A DNA stretch of 64,000 bases from Psammoneis japonica (Eukaryota). Positions 38,292 to 51,866 of the stretch are shown piece after piece. The position numbers and the translations under genes were made by a program. The stretch lies in NCBI GenBank assembly GCA_008632985.1, contig QPGO01000174.1:1-64000 (forward strand), given 5' to 3'. Within the stretch, counting starts at the first letter, position 1. The number at the start of each line of letters is the position of its first letter. The notes under the pieces were generated by a model. It saw nothing but the letters and a program-made list of their open reading frames with translations, was not told the origin of the DNA and did not search any database.

Positions 38292-38810
38292 CGTCAGCAG
38301 CGGCTTAATCCTCTTTCTTGCAAACAAAACCAGAGACGCACAATAGGAATCATTCGAAAATGTCGCGTGGGTCATAATTAATATTTTACATAAGGAAAAA
38401 CACAAAATCGTGTAGAAATGTACACAATGTCATACGAGAGAGTGATTAGAGCTAATAACTTTTCGGGAACTGAATTGAAATGCCATCTGATTGACGGCAC
38501 TGGCCTTCACTGTGTGAATCAAAATGCCATCAATCAGATGGCATTTCAATGGAGTGGCGCACTTTCCAAAAGTGCCGTGCGCAGTGCTCGTCTACATGCG
38601 GACAAATGGCGCCAGACTCTGTGCACCGAACACAACAAGATTTCACTCATTACGACAACAGCGCGGGAAGTCCATCACGTTGGGTGCGTCGACGTCGCTG
38701 TGCTTCTTGCGCACAAAAAATGCATCAATCCACTGACGTTGCGCATGCAAATTGGATGGGACACAGGATCTTGCAAATCTGGTGAAAAAATCGTCACCCC
38801 GTGCTTCACC

Positions 38811-39199
38811 GACGGGCTCCAGTCCTGGGTGGGACTTTTTGTGACATTTGCCCCGTAGAGTTCTACGTGCGAGCTCTGCACTTCGTACTCTGGTCAATGG
38901 ATGCACCCATCTTCGACATAAAAAAAATGGCCAAGTTTGCAGTGCATCTATCCCTGTTCACACTCGAAGTTTTGGACAATGCGCCTGCCCTGCGCCATTC
39001 TTAAGACACTCGAGAATGGCGTAGAAGAAAAAAATGTAAAAAGTTGTTCAATGGATGGCCTGACAAATGCACCATAAAATCACACAAAATTTCGCCAAAA
39101 TCACGTAGAAATGTACGTGCGCGACATACGACGCGATTCAAAAAACTGTCGATGTCACAGTTCAGCAGTGCGAGGTCCCACCTAGACCTGGAACGCGTC
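38811..39199 (+). mobile_element. MITE copy A (389 bp), partly spared from TpA loss
   Basis: TIR gacgggctccagtcctgggtgggac / gtcccacctagacctggaacgcgtc; TSD cacc on both sides. Confidence 0.85.
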
Positions 39200-39669
39200 C
39201 ACCGTGTTAAAAACCCCATGACAATCCTCCACAATGAATGGAAATCCAACTTTTTGTCAAAATCTGTTGTCGCGTGCTCACTTCAGTGCTTTGTCAATGC
39301 AGTCGACCGAGAAAACACTAAATGCACCCCAAAAAAAGTGAAAAACAACAGCCCCACTGCGGCCAAAACCTCTGCGTGATTTCAGCACCAAGTTGAGCGC
39401 GCCAAAAACCCTTCATCGCCAATGGCTCAACCAGCTCCCAAAACAACTTGATCATTGTCATTTGACATTGATGTCTCATTTCTTGTCATGTCAGTCCCAG
39501 TCCGCTGTCGTTGTTGTGTGTGTCCATTGCCGATGTGTCGGCGTCGTTGCCGCGATGTTTGTGTGTGAAGTGAACTCAAGTGAACATCTCTGCGAATTTT
39601 GTGGCACATTTTTGCGCGCGCACATTTTGTGCAGATCAGGCATGTGCACCGAATTTTTGAAAGTGTGCC

Positions 39670-40405
39670 ACTCCATTGATTTCCCGAGAAGTTGACATTC
39701 ATGTGCAGAGAGATGGACAGACTGACAACAGTTGTTTTTGGCACTCTCCTGCACAATTTCTACGTGATGACTCTCAGGACCCGAGTGATTCCCATTGCTG
39801 AGACCATCACGCATTGATTGCATGCAGCATGCTGCAATGCTCAGAGTGTGTCCCTGCGCACAGCGAACGACCACAAACGATGATTTGTGCGTGAAGCTCC
39901 CTCTCGTGCTCACCATTGCAGAGAAACGCACGCAGTGCGTGCGCGATGGTCATTGCAAGGGCTTGTGTGCAGTGTGAGTGGTCAGTTCAATGGCAATCTT
40001 TCACGCTGCAGAGTCATTTCTACAGAAATGTGCAGAACAGTGCCAAGACAATTGTCGAAAAGTCTGTCTGTCTGTCCTCAGTGAATTTTCTAACTTTGCA
40101 AAAAATGGACTTGACTGTTTTCTGATCAGGTGCATTTTTCTTCAATGCATTTGCAAAAATGCACCTGACCCGACAACAGTCAAGTCTGTTTTTGCACAAA
40201 TTTTTACATGACAGTTTCAGCACAAAAACGTGTGGATTCCACAGGCATCCACAGCTGTTTTGTGCTTTTTGCGTCGCCGCTCATTTTCGAAAGATTCCTG
40301 TTGCAATGGGAATTGTTTGAAAAAAAATGACCTGTGATGTGAATCGCATCAGTTGCTTGTGGACGTCCACAGAATCTACACATTTTTGCACCAAAACTCT
40401 GTCAT
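39670..40405. repeat. Cluster of fold-back inverted repeats
   Basis: Diverged IR 39670-39800 / 39975-40110; hairpin 40097-40196 (gacttgactgtt..caggtgcattttt / aaaaatgcacctg..aacagtcaagtc); IR 40208-40255 / 40355-40405. Confidence 0.75.
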
Positions 40406-41514
40406 CTTCTCAAAACTTTTGCAAAAAAGGACATTTTTCATTGGCGCTGGTCCAAACAATTTCTGTGCATTCAAGCCAACCCCAACCGAGTGAAAAAAGA
40501 AAATGAAAAAAGATGAAATGGCTCCAAAAGCTTGAGCTTACCCAGATTTTCACCCTCGACTCTTTTTCAACTCGGCCGAAACAAAAAAAGAGCCCGACTC
40601 TTTTTTCACAAACCTGGGAGCATGAAAAAAGAGAAAAGAGTGATGTGGGCCACAAGCTGTCACACATTTCGCACACGCGTCTTGGTTTGTGTGGGACACC
40701 AGCAAAGCAAGCCAAAGTTTGGCTCATGCGCCACACCGTCAAGTCACCATGGCAGTCTGTGATTGTTTTTGACGACTTCTTTCAATGTCATGACTGCAGA
40801 AGTGATGCCGGTTGACAATTTGAAGCAGGTGTGACATGTCTCTTGAAGGAATTGGTGAAGCATGTAGCAGCTCTTCTGCAACAGACCTTTTGTCTTCAAA
40901 TGATGTTGCCAGTCTTCACGTGCATCACAGAAAGTCAACACACAAGGTCCCTGAAGCAGATCTGTGTGACACAGGAATGACCGTGCTGACCAATTCACTG
41001 CAGATGCGACTCATTCAATGGGGCTGTTCTTGTGTTGTTTGATTTTAGATCAGGGGCTCAAAATGGCCTGAGAAGTGCACAAAAACTTTCCACTTGACAA
41101 CCATTTGAGTCACCCCACAAGCCTGTTGCATTTGCACTGAACAAAAAAAGAAATGGAGCCCACAGACCAAGAAAAAAATGGAGGTTCTGGTGGTGCCATT
41201 CTTGTTGTCACAAGGTGGAACTTCGATGCCGTCATGGGCCGTCATCTTCATTGTCATGTGAGGCCTCTTGCTTTGCATGCCCAAGACACCCAGACATTTG
41301 GCTTTTTAATTTTCGCGCCGGTCAGGTCACCAAAACGACAAAACGAAAAAAAGAGTTGAGATTGGCTCTTTTTCATTTGCTCAGCTGGGGTTGGCCTCAT
41401 CAAACAATGACTCTGCAGCACGAAAGATTGCTGCTGCATTTTTTTTTCAGCTCAAATTTGGCCAGAAAAGCTCATGATTTTCTGCTGAAAAAATTTTTGC
41501 CACACTTGCAACAC

Positions 41515-41910
41515 GACACGTTCCAGGCCTGGGTGGGAGCTCGAAGCACTGACGTGTGACACAATTGTTTTTCATCATCCGTCACATGTTTCGCGCGCAC
41601 ATTTCCACGTGTGACATTTCAAAAAATTGTTCCAGACTCGCTGTTTTGCAAAACCCCAGACATTTCATTTGACAAAATTGCAGGAACACAAATGGGCCAG
41701 GTGCATTCTTCAATGTCTGAAGAATGCAACTGGCCAAGCAGAAAATGATGCACTTCAATCACAGACGAGTTTGTGCATTCGCAAAATTGCCTCATTTTCT
41801 GTTGGTGATCATTGACACATTAATCACCTGATGATTTTACTTTGGAGCTCACACGCAGAATTCTGCGGGCCCAATGTTGCACGGATTCCCACCTTCATCT
41901 GGAACGCATC
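41515..41910 (-). mobile_element. MITE copy B (396 bp), inverted relative to A and C
   Basis: Ends gacacgttccaggcctgggtggga / tcccaccttcatctggaacgcatc; TSD acac on both sides. Confidence 0.85.
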
Positions 41911-42349
41911 ACACGGTGACCATGGCTGCTGCTTGTGATGATTCAGGCGAGTGCAGTGGAGGGGTTCCACTGCAAACAATGGGAATCTTTCAAAAATGAC
42001 CCACAATGTGAAACCAACAAATTGCTCAAGGACGTCTGCAGAATCTTCATGTTTTTGCACCAAAGCTGTTGTCTTCTCAAAACTTGTCCAAAAAAATGGA
42101 CTTTGCTGCCAACTGACCCACCCTTTTTTTTTTCAAACGTTCTTTTTTTTTTTGCTGGCAGCAAGCCCAATGTGTGCACATGGACCCAAGTGCAGTTTGC
42201 AACAAGCAATCAATGCTCGTGTGTTGTCAATCAATGCACTGGCAATGACAGAAAAATGCAAATGCTCTGCATGCATCAGAGCATTAAATGCAAAGATCCC
42301 ACACAAAATCACAAACCTTCAAACATGTGTGTTTGACATTTCAAATTTT

Positions 42350-44450
42350 CCATGACATTTCAAATGCAACGACAACGGCAACCGTGAACGCAACACACCC
42401 CATCAATGACCACAAACTCACCTTGACACTGCCATGTGTCGACAGCTTGCAATTCATCTCAAATGAACATGCCTTGCTGTGCTTTGAAAATGACAACCTG
42501 CATTGTCAGAGGTTGAGATTTAGCTCCTCTCCACATCCACAGATGTGGCTTGCAAAAAACCCAGTGTTAAAAGTCGACATTGAACTTTCTAAATTGCAAA
42601 AAGGGTCCCCCAGATTTTGGACGAATGCACGCTCCAAAACAAAATCACACAAACAAAACATTGCTCACATCTGAAATTACTTCATTTGCAACATTTGTGA
42701 TGCAAGCAAGCAAATCTCCACCCATGGAGATTTGCTCAAGACCGGTGGTTGAAGGGTTGGGGTGTGCATCTTGTGTGGTCCAGCTGGCAGGGCTGTGGCC
42801 AGCTTCTGCTGGTGTTTCAAGAAATCTTCCATTCATCCATTGCCAGTGTCTTTGCAAGACAGTTCATTTTCTTTTGTTGGGAGGAACGTGTTGGAAGCAT
42901 TTGTTGACAAACACATGCACAGTTGGTGAACCCAATCAGTGCCACCTCCATTGGTTGCCTTTGACCACAAATGCACCAGAGTCCTGAGGTTTCTGGTCAC
43001 CAAAAATTGGATCACATGAGCCAATGTCACCCACCCAAATTTGCCATCATCTGGGGTGGGTGCTTCTGAAGACACTTCAAGTCCTCCAACAAAAACAAGA
43101 GCATGTCATGGTGTGCCTGTGTGTTGGTGGACAGATCACGTGGTGCCAAGGCATCCTGATGGAGCTGCCAGTTTTGTTGGTGCAAGCAGACGAACCGCCC
43201 TTGTCAGTGCTTGGCATGAAACCCAAATGTTGCACCAGGAGCAAGAGTGTTCACAAGCTTTCATCTTCACAATGAAGATGCAGAACAACCAGGGTTCAAG
43301 TGGATGTCATTGGCACACATCAGCTCCTGTCTGGTCTGTGCACAAGCCCATTGGAAGAAGGAGATCCTTCTCTGGATTGAAATCTTTGGGGAGATTGTTG
43401 CATGTGTTGGAGTGCCATTTGTTTCAAACTGTTTCTCTGAGGTTGCAGTCATCTGCAGGAACAAACTTTTGGAGCTGTTCATGCATCGATTGGTTGACAT
43501 TGAGATTTTGATGTCGTCAAAAAGGGTGCAGGGCAGCAAGCAAGTCCCGGGAAAAACTTGGTGCCCACCAATGATGCATGTGTCTGGCTTTGGCATGCAC
43601 ACCTTTGTGCTGTCTCTTTTCAGCAACTGTTTGTGCCAAAGAGCCTTGCATGCATTGAGCTTTTTTCTTGTGGAGACATTGCAGCAGAGTGAGCAGCAAA
43701 TCGAAAAATCCTTGAGTGGCACTGGAATTTTGTCACACAGTGTGATCAGCTCAAGACAAGCTTCCTCAGCCAATTTGAGGCTGCAACCAAGTGGAAGGGA
43801 TGACTGTTCCTTGCCAACATCATCAGGGGGGTGAGCCAGCAAAAGGTGCTCTTCTTCATCAATGCCGCAACCCTTCGGCAGAGTTGGTGCCGGGAAACAT
43901 CTCCAAAAGACATGACTTGTCCTTGTTGTCTCCATTGGAATGAGATCCATTGGTGCATGCAGTGTCATCATCTTGTTCAACAGAGGCACTGTTCTCAAAA
44001 TCCACATCAGCGGCACTGAACTCTGCATCACATCCTGCCATGGCACCACATGACAAAAGGAAGGAAACAGCAGAAGAGCCAGATTGGCTGGAGGGTGCCA
44101 ATGAGGACTCCTTGTTGCTGTGTTGACAAACAAGCAAAGCAGTTGCTTGGGACAGCGTGCCCAAATCACTGGCAGCAACATCAACACAACCAATTTGGTG
44201 AAGCATGCACTGGCAATGGTGGGAACAAACCATGCCCAACAATTGCAATTTGCAGGGTGGGGATTGCCAAGATTGACCAAATCAAAGAGAGAGTCGCTGG
44301 AAGTGAGTGAACTGATTGATTTTAAAATTGGGTTGTTGTGCAGGCATGAAAGCTGACTGAGAATGCAAATGCCTTGCGGCTGGGCAGACATGAATGTTGG
44401 AATGATGGGAAACAGAATTTGAAAAATCAGCAATTAAAACATTCAGTCAC
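42350..44450 (-). mobile_element. Second, more decayed Plavaka-like transposase remnant
   Basis: 'LELITLCDKIPVPL', a 'W..GFMP'-like segment near 43220 and 'FFGDQKPQD' near 42990, in the expected order. Confidence 0.4.
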
Positions 44451-46857
44451 AGCCAAATGCAATGTTTTTGAAACTTGGGCAAGTGAATTTGAGTCATGTC
44501 AGTGAACACATGACAACAAATGAAACCAATGGCAATCCATTGTTTGGGGCTTGACATTTGCAAATGCAGGAAATTCTAGATTGCAGTGGCAAATGGCCGG
44601 GTGGCAAGGCACACATGACCGGCGCTGGGAGGAGTGCTGACAAAACAAACACATCAGAAAACAACACCAAGTTGTGGCAACCATGGTGCAGAGACTTGTC
44701 AATCCAGCCGAGTGGAGGGCAAGAGACCATGTCAAAGGAAAGGTGTTTCTCAGTGTTGCACTCATCTTTGATGCAAGGCAGCTGGAGGAAACCTGCATGC
44801 TGTGCAGAAACTGCGCCCCCAGAACAGTGGGCCAACGCTGATGGACGGAATGCCAGCAGACCTGCCAGAAGCAAAGCAAAAAACACACCTGCATTTCCTG
44901 TGGATGAAAATGAAACAAAACAGGTTGCACCAGGATTGACCAGCAATGAAGTGATCCAATGCATGTCAGGCCCAGCAAGATGAATTTCACAGCAAGCACC
45001 ATCACCAAGGATTGCCGCGGACAAAGAGATGACAAACTGATGTTGGGGACATGTTGTTGCTGATGATGCAGTGCTTTGTGCATGCTGCAACAAGAACAAT
45101 TGCATCTTGCCTTTGCCGGAATGATTCCAGGATTGATCGTTGAATCCAACATTGCAGATGGTGCTCTGCAACTGCTTGTTGTGACTGGTTGTGGGAGATG
45201 TTCATTGGAAGAAAAGCCTCTCTGACAACACAAGGTCAGGCACGTCGTGTGCCAAGGCATTCACCCACATGCTCCTGCAGAACAATTTTGCAGCATGGCA
45301 CATGGATCACAAGAGCAACAACAAGGACAGTTGTTTGATGTCAGACTGCAATGTGGAGCTCGACGACCAAGGAAGCCCCACCAGAAGGGAAGACTTGTGT
45401 GAGAAGATGATGCCAGATGCAACCGTTGGATCAAGCTCATTTACCATTTTGGAAAAAGACCTGAAGAGTCAACAGAGCAACGCACAGTGGAGGAAATGTC
45501 AAACAAATTCAAAGAGGCATGGGAGAAGTCCACATTGATTGTTTTGACAGAGGTCACGAGCAAGCTGGAAAGCAACAAGAGCTTGCCTGACAGGGAATGC
45601 AGCGCCAAGAAAAGAAAGTGCTTGAGATGCCTGAAGCACTCCATGGCAGGGAACTCCAGGAATGGAGTGGAAGAAAGTGCACCCAGGACCTGATGCAAGA
45701 TGCCCAGGACTTGCAAAGGATGGTCCCTGAGGGCAAACAAGTTCTTTGAGAAACTGGTGAGGGAAATCAAACAAGACATTGTGAGTGAACAACCAGGTGG
45801 ATGGGAGGATTAGCACAGGAAGTTTGCAGCAGGTTGCAATGAGAAAGTGGAGAAAGACAACAACGGGTCAGGGGACAAGGGTGACCACATGGCAAGCTGC
45901 GCTGAGATGCATGAGCTAGAGTTGATGCCAGTTCAGTGGATTGCAGAGTGAATCTAAATTGAAAAACTGAATTCCAGCTGGCAAGTGAGCCAGAAGGATG
46001 CATCACAAAATGGCCAGTTGGGACACCAACCACCCAATCCCTTGTCAGTCAGTTGTCAACAGCCATCAAATGGAGTGTCATGCCAGAGTTAACTTGTTGC
46101 AATGCAACGAACTTGTTGGTTTGCACATCCTTGATTCAAAACCATGGACATTTGTTGGAGGTGCCAGGTGCTCATTTTTGCACAAATCACACTTGTTTGT
46201 CACAAACAACTGTGGTCAGTGACAAATCTGACTCATTGGGACATGAACACATCGACGTGCTTGCGCTCACACATGTTTTGTCAGACTGAGGTCTGGCCAT
46301 CTGTGATTGTGAGGATTCATTGATTCGCCCCCCTGATGATGCAAGGCATTGCAGCTGAAGGTTGCAATGTTTGGACATTGATTTTTGACAATGCAGCAAT
46401 GACACAAGATTGCATTGTGTGATTGTCCTTGTCAGGCACAGAAACAAAGGGGTGTCAGAGTTGTCCACTGTGCTGAGCACAATCACCAGTTTGAAAGCAA
46501 GCGCGCACACTGACAAGTGCAAAATTCAAAAATCCATCATCTCAAAAAGGAGAAGCAATGCTGTGTTGCATTCACAAATTGAGGTGAACAGTTGAAAGAC
46601 AAAAGCAACAGGCACTCAGACATTTGTTGACATTGACGACTTTTAAAAAACATGGCCAATCGATTGGCCAGGAGCCAATCTCAAATCCCAACCCAAAAAT
46701 GACCAAGGCAGTGCGAAATTCGGTTTGTCACATGTTCATTTGCAAAGCAACCCATGTCATGAAGTCCCAAAGCCTTCGAAAGTCATTGGATGCCATTTCA
46801 TGCACGGCAAAGACCGCTTGCAAATTCGGTCATTTTGAAAGTGGCCAGCCCCAAACC

Positions 46858-47041
46858 TGAGCGGTCTTGACAAGTTGTCCACGAATGCTTTCTAAAAATT
46901 GTGGGAAAAGCTGCAATTAACTGCAGCCACAGTGTTTGGGTTTCTGTTGCAGAATTTCTTCGAGGTGTCAACAATCCCGGTCATTCAAATCTCCCGAATC
47001 TTGCAGCTGCTGATGCAATTGTGACGCAGAAGTTTGCTTCA
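46858..47041 (-). repeat. 3' LTR (184 bp)
   Basis: Direct repeat of 52386-52573. Confidence 0.95.
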
Positions 47042-50000
47042 CTCTTCCCTTCCGCGATTCATGCGAATGCTTTGAATCGCAATCCACTTGATCATGCCGA
47101 AGTCGACACGGCAAAATGCACCAAATGTTGATTCTTTCAAATGCATGAGGCACTCTTTGCATGGTGACATTTCCATTCACATGAACCTGTGTGATGGGAA
47201 AGGGACCAAAAGATCTTTCTTCCAATTTGGTGGGATCGTCTGTTTTGACCAAAATTTGCTGCCCGACACGACAATCGAAAAAGTGTCTTTTGAGATTTTG
47301 CCGACGTGAGTTGTCATCAACCAACACTTGCCAATGATCCTGAACAGCAATTGAATCTGCAATGAGAGGCAAATCGAGGAACATGTCTCTCTGGCAGATG
47401 AGAGCTCCTGGCGAAATTCCCAAAACTCTCAAGGTGGCACATCGTAGACCGTGCATGGTTGCAGCCAATGCGTTGTCAACAATCTGTTGAGCCTCTGTCA
47501 TGTTGTAAGGAGGATGTCCCCTGACTGTGGTTCAAATGATGTTGCCAGCCATTTGATGCATTCTTTTGCAAATGGCGTTGGCTTGAGGATTTCTAGCGGT
47601 GGTTTCCACGTCTTTGATTCTCCAGCTTTTGCCAACAGAATCTGAAATGGCTCACCAATGAATTCACCGCCCTTGTCATGGATGCAGCGGTTTGGCTTTG
47701 GATGTCTTGCCAACCAACAATTGGCAAACTTCATCTGCACATGATCTGAAGTCTTGTTGTCAATGTGAGCCAATTCCACAAGGTTGGAAACAGTGTCAAT
47801 CACTGTCAATGCATCAAACTCATTTTCCTGTTGTTGCACTTGTGCTTTCCAAGGACCAATTGAGTCAATGGCCACTTCATCCCAAGGAACTAAAGGAGCT
47901 TCTCTTGGTGGCAAGCAACCACATCCAACTCCCCAAAGTTTGTTCCTTTGGCATGTGTCGCAATGATGATTTTCGACCAATCGGCGCAACGACAGATGAC
48001 AGCAATGCATGCGAATCGTGCAACAGAGCTTTTGCATGCCACAATGCCCCAAAACTTGATGACACCACCTAACCACAGGCGCCAACAAAGCAGTTGGCAA
48101 AGCAATTTTCCAATCATTTTCTTGAACGTTGTTTTCAGGCCTCCAACAAATTAACGGAACTCCGCCAACGCATCGAGTCGGAAATCGAAGCGGATTCCTC
48201 TGCCGCTCTTGATTCAGCTCACAATCTTCAAACTGAAACCTTTGCATGTCAGGATTGTTCAAGGGGCATTGCATTTCTTTCAGACTTGGACAACTCAAAA
48301 AACAATCCACCAATTCTTGATCTTGAACGGTGCAGAATAGAGTTTTTAATTCCGGGCCCAAATTTTCCTCGAGCGACTCGTCTTCTGGAGCCACAGCAGC
48401 TGGAGGAACCGAAAAATCCACAACAGCGCCTTTCGACTCCACTTTAGAAGAACTCTTCCCTTCCACGGTTTTCTCCATGGGAGGAAATTGTGAAAAGAAA
48501 TCAGCTAGAATGTTCTCTTTGCCTTTAACATGTTCAAACTTTAGCGCAAATTCTTTGAGAAAAAGTCGCCAGCGGAGCACTCGTTGCGCATTGAGCGTCT
48601 TGAAAGCAAAATTCTTGTGATCTGTGTGGACTGTTGTTTCAGCTCCCAACAACATAGAGCGAAATTCTTTGAAACAAAGAACTGCAGCAAGCATTTCTTT
48701 CTCCACAGCAGAACAATTCTTTTGAGCTGCGTTGAGTTTTTGGGACCAACATGCGATCAGCTTGCCATTCTGCATGACAACCGCACCAAGCTGACAGTCG
48801 CTGGCATCTGTGTAAATTTGAAAAGGAAGGTTGTGATCGGGACAAGCAAGTGACACATCACCCACCACAATGGCCTTGATCTCCTCAAAGGCTTTCTGAC
48901 AAGCTGGAGTCCACTCAAAATGTTGTTTTCCAGTCAAATCGGTCAATGGCGCCAAAACGTGAGATCGCCGAGGCCACATGTCACGATGACAAGTGACGGC
49001 TCCAACAAAAGATCTAAGTTGTGCATGGTTCTTGGGAGGAGTGAGCTTGAGCACAGCCTCTGCTTTCTTCTTCCAAGGCTTGACACCTTCTGGAGTCATC
49101 CAATGTCCCAAAAAATCAGTTTCTTGAATGGCCCATTTGCACTTGAGTGGGTTCACTTTCAAACCGTTTTGTTCCAAACATTGCAGTGCGGCACTCAACA
49201 CTGCCAAATGCTCAGACCAAACCATTGAGAAGAGGCCAACATCATCAACAAAACAATCTGCATCAAGCTCATTCATCACTTCTTCAATGACTGCTTGAGC
49301 AACATCTGCTGCTGGCTTCAAACCCATCGCAAGCCGACAATGTTGAAACTTGCCGCGCAAGGAGTGACAACAGTGCACAGTTCTTTGGATTCTTCATCTG
49401 GCTCTAAAGTGTGACAGAACATGGACAGATCCAACTTGGTGAAGCACTTGCACCCTTTTCTCTTCTTGACAATGTCTTGTGTTCTTGGCAAAGGACAGAT
49501 CAGCCTCTTCAGTGCCTTGTTGAGCGCACAAAAATCGGATGCCCACCGCACTCGTTGATCCTTTCTAGGAACAACAAATGAAGGAGATGCCCAACAGGTG
49601 GGACCACATGGCCTCAGCACTTCTGTCTGAACTAAATGCTGAAGTGCTTTCTTGAAAACCTCATCATGAACCTTTGGAACTGAGTGTGGTCGAGCATGAA
49701 CCGGAATCGCATTAGGATCGATTTCCAAATGAACCAATTCATGTGGGTGTTGACCCAATTTTCCGTCGAACACTTTTGGGAACTTTGCTGGCACTTGCTG
49801 CAACTCCAGTTGTTGCTCTCTTGAAAGGTGTGTTTGCCTCTTAGCCACTTCTTCCGGAGACACTGACTCGCACTTGGCGTCCAGAATTTGCACAGCAAAT
49901 GCACAAAACTCGACCACGTCGATTTCTTCTTCTTCGACTTCTGGACCTGCAAGAGCAAAACAAGCATTCTCTGCATTGTCCCAAAAGGCAAGTTCTTTCA

Positions 50001-51866
50001 CAGGTGTGAACTTGTCCAACCACTTGACTGTCCTTGATGAGAAATTTACATCAACACCCGCCTTGGTCAAAAAATCCAATCCAAGAATCACGTCGCAACG
50101 ACACGGTGTTTGAAATGTCAGAGCTTTCTGGAAATCAATGCTTCTTGATCTGTCAAATTCAGGCAGCATCATTGTTTCCAAACCGACTGTTCTGCTGCTT
50201 TTCATTGGCCCTGCAGCTGCATTGCATGCCACTGTTTTCTTGAGCAGGCTTGGAGCAGCTCCACGTGCCAAACATCGCTCGTGAACAAGAGTGGTCATGC
50301 TGCCTGAATCAAATGATGCTCTCAACAAACGAGAAGAGTGAGCTCCATTCATTTGTTTGCATGCAAGCACTGATGCAGGCACCATGTTGGGATTCATGTT
50401 TTTTGTTTTGGGTGCCGGCATGCCAGCATGAAGCAATCCCATCGGCTCTTCTTGATTTTTCACGCCGTCAATTTCATGTGACAAATGTGCATCATGTGAA
50501 GATTTGTGTTCAATTGGTGCATTTGTGTCAACAGCAATGGTGTCGTCAACTTCAAAGCTGACACCAGGACTGGAGCAGCACTCCAAACTGGATCATGATC
50601 CAGGTCCTCTTAGATGTGGACCTTGTCCGACATCCGTTCCTCCTGACATCTCGTCAGGACCTCCTGGCAGACCACAGCCTGCCATGTCAAAATGGCACAC
50701 ATCTGCACCCCATTCTTGTGACTGAGTGTCAGTCGGAGGAGCTCATTGAGCCGGATGAGCATTTGATTCTTCTGAACTGCTCTGCACCTGATTTTGATTC
50801 GCACAAAAATTTTGAGGTGAATTCTGCGGACCGCATCCTCGGCCCACACTGTTTTGGTTGTAACCACGGCCATGTCCACCTTGACCACGTCCAAAACCAT
50901 TGTTGGGAGCACATCCACCATCGCCACGTCCACGTCCAGCGCAGTTGGTGTTCTGAGGACCACAAAATTGGCCTCCATAATTTCCTCAGCCTGGACATGG
51001 GTTTCGACCTCGTCCACGACCTGCATCTCGGCCTGCACTTGGCAAACCTCGGCCACCTCTCTGAAAATGAGGATTTGGACCGCAATTTGGGCTCTTGGGA
51101 TTCTCCCTGCAATTTTGCCACAGATGGGGTGTTGCAGAATCCTTGTGCAACCAACAACAAGAATCGGGACCAAACTTCTTCCCATTCCCGGCAGATTCCG
51201 TGTCTCCAGCCTTGCGCTTCTTGGAATCATCATCAGGCTTGGCAGCACCTTTCTGATCAGCAAATCCTTTCTCGTTGGACACACACTGAATGACATCTTC
51301 CAAAGAATCAGCACTGACATCCTTTCCAGCATGCACACAACTCTGTTTCCATGTCATCAGCATGCCTGTGAATGTGATGTTCTTGATCTGCTGCTCATTG
51401 AGCAAAGGTTCAGCTCCAGGTGGCTTGCCAGCACAACGCGACATTTGAATCATCCTGTCAGCACACTTGCGAGGAGAATCGCCAAAAGGTTTAGAAGAAT
51501 TTTTCAAAAATTCAAACATCGCATCACGCACTTGATGATTGCAACATTGCTGACAAAAGCGTGTGATTTCTGCGTCAAACCTGGCCATGGTCCGATCTGC
51601 TTCTGCGACACCTGAAACCAAATTGCTCCACGTGTCTTGAGCGTTGTCTTCTAACACTTCTTCAAAATGGGTGAATTTTTTCAGGTCCTTCATCACAATC
51701 TCAGTGTTCGGCACAGTTCTCAAAGTGCTCTGCAGTGCAGAGCAAGCACTCGATGCCGCACTTGCCGGTGAACTGAGGGCACATTTTCTGTTTCTTGGCA
51801 CCATCGTCACAGTTCTGTGCGAGTTTCACTTTGTCCAAATCTCCGTGTTTGAAGGTTGGTTTGCAT

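Noticed and set aside
47498..49378. Alternative genetic code or A-to-I RNA editing
   Set aside because: Adjacent genes use Tyr normally, and the changes occur on both strands and in non-coding DNA elements.
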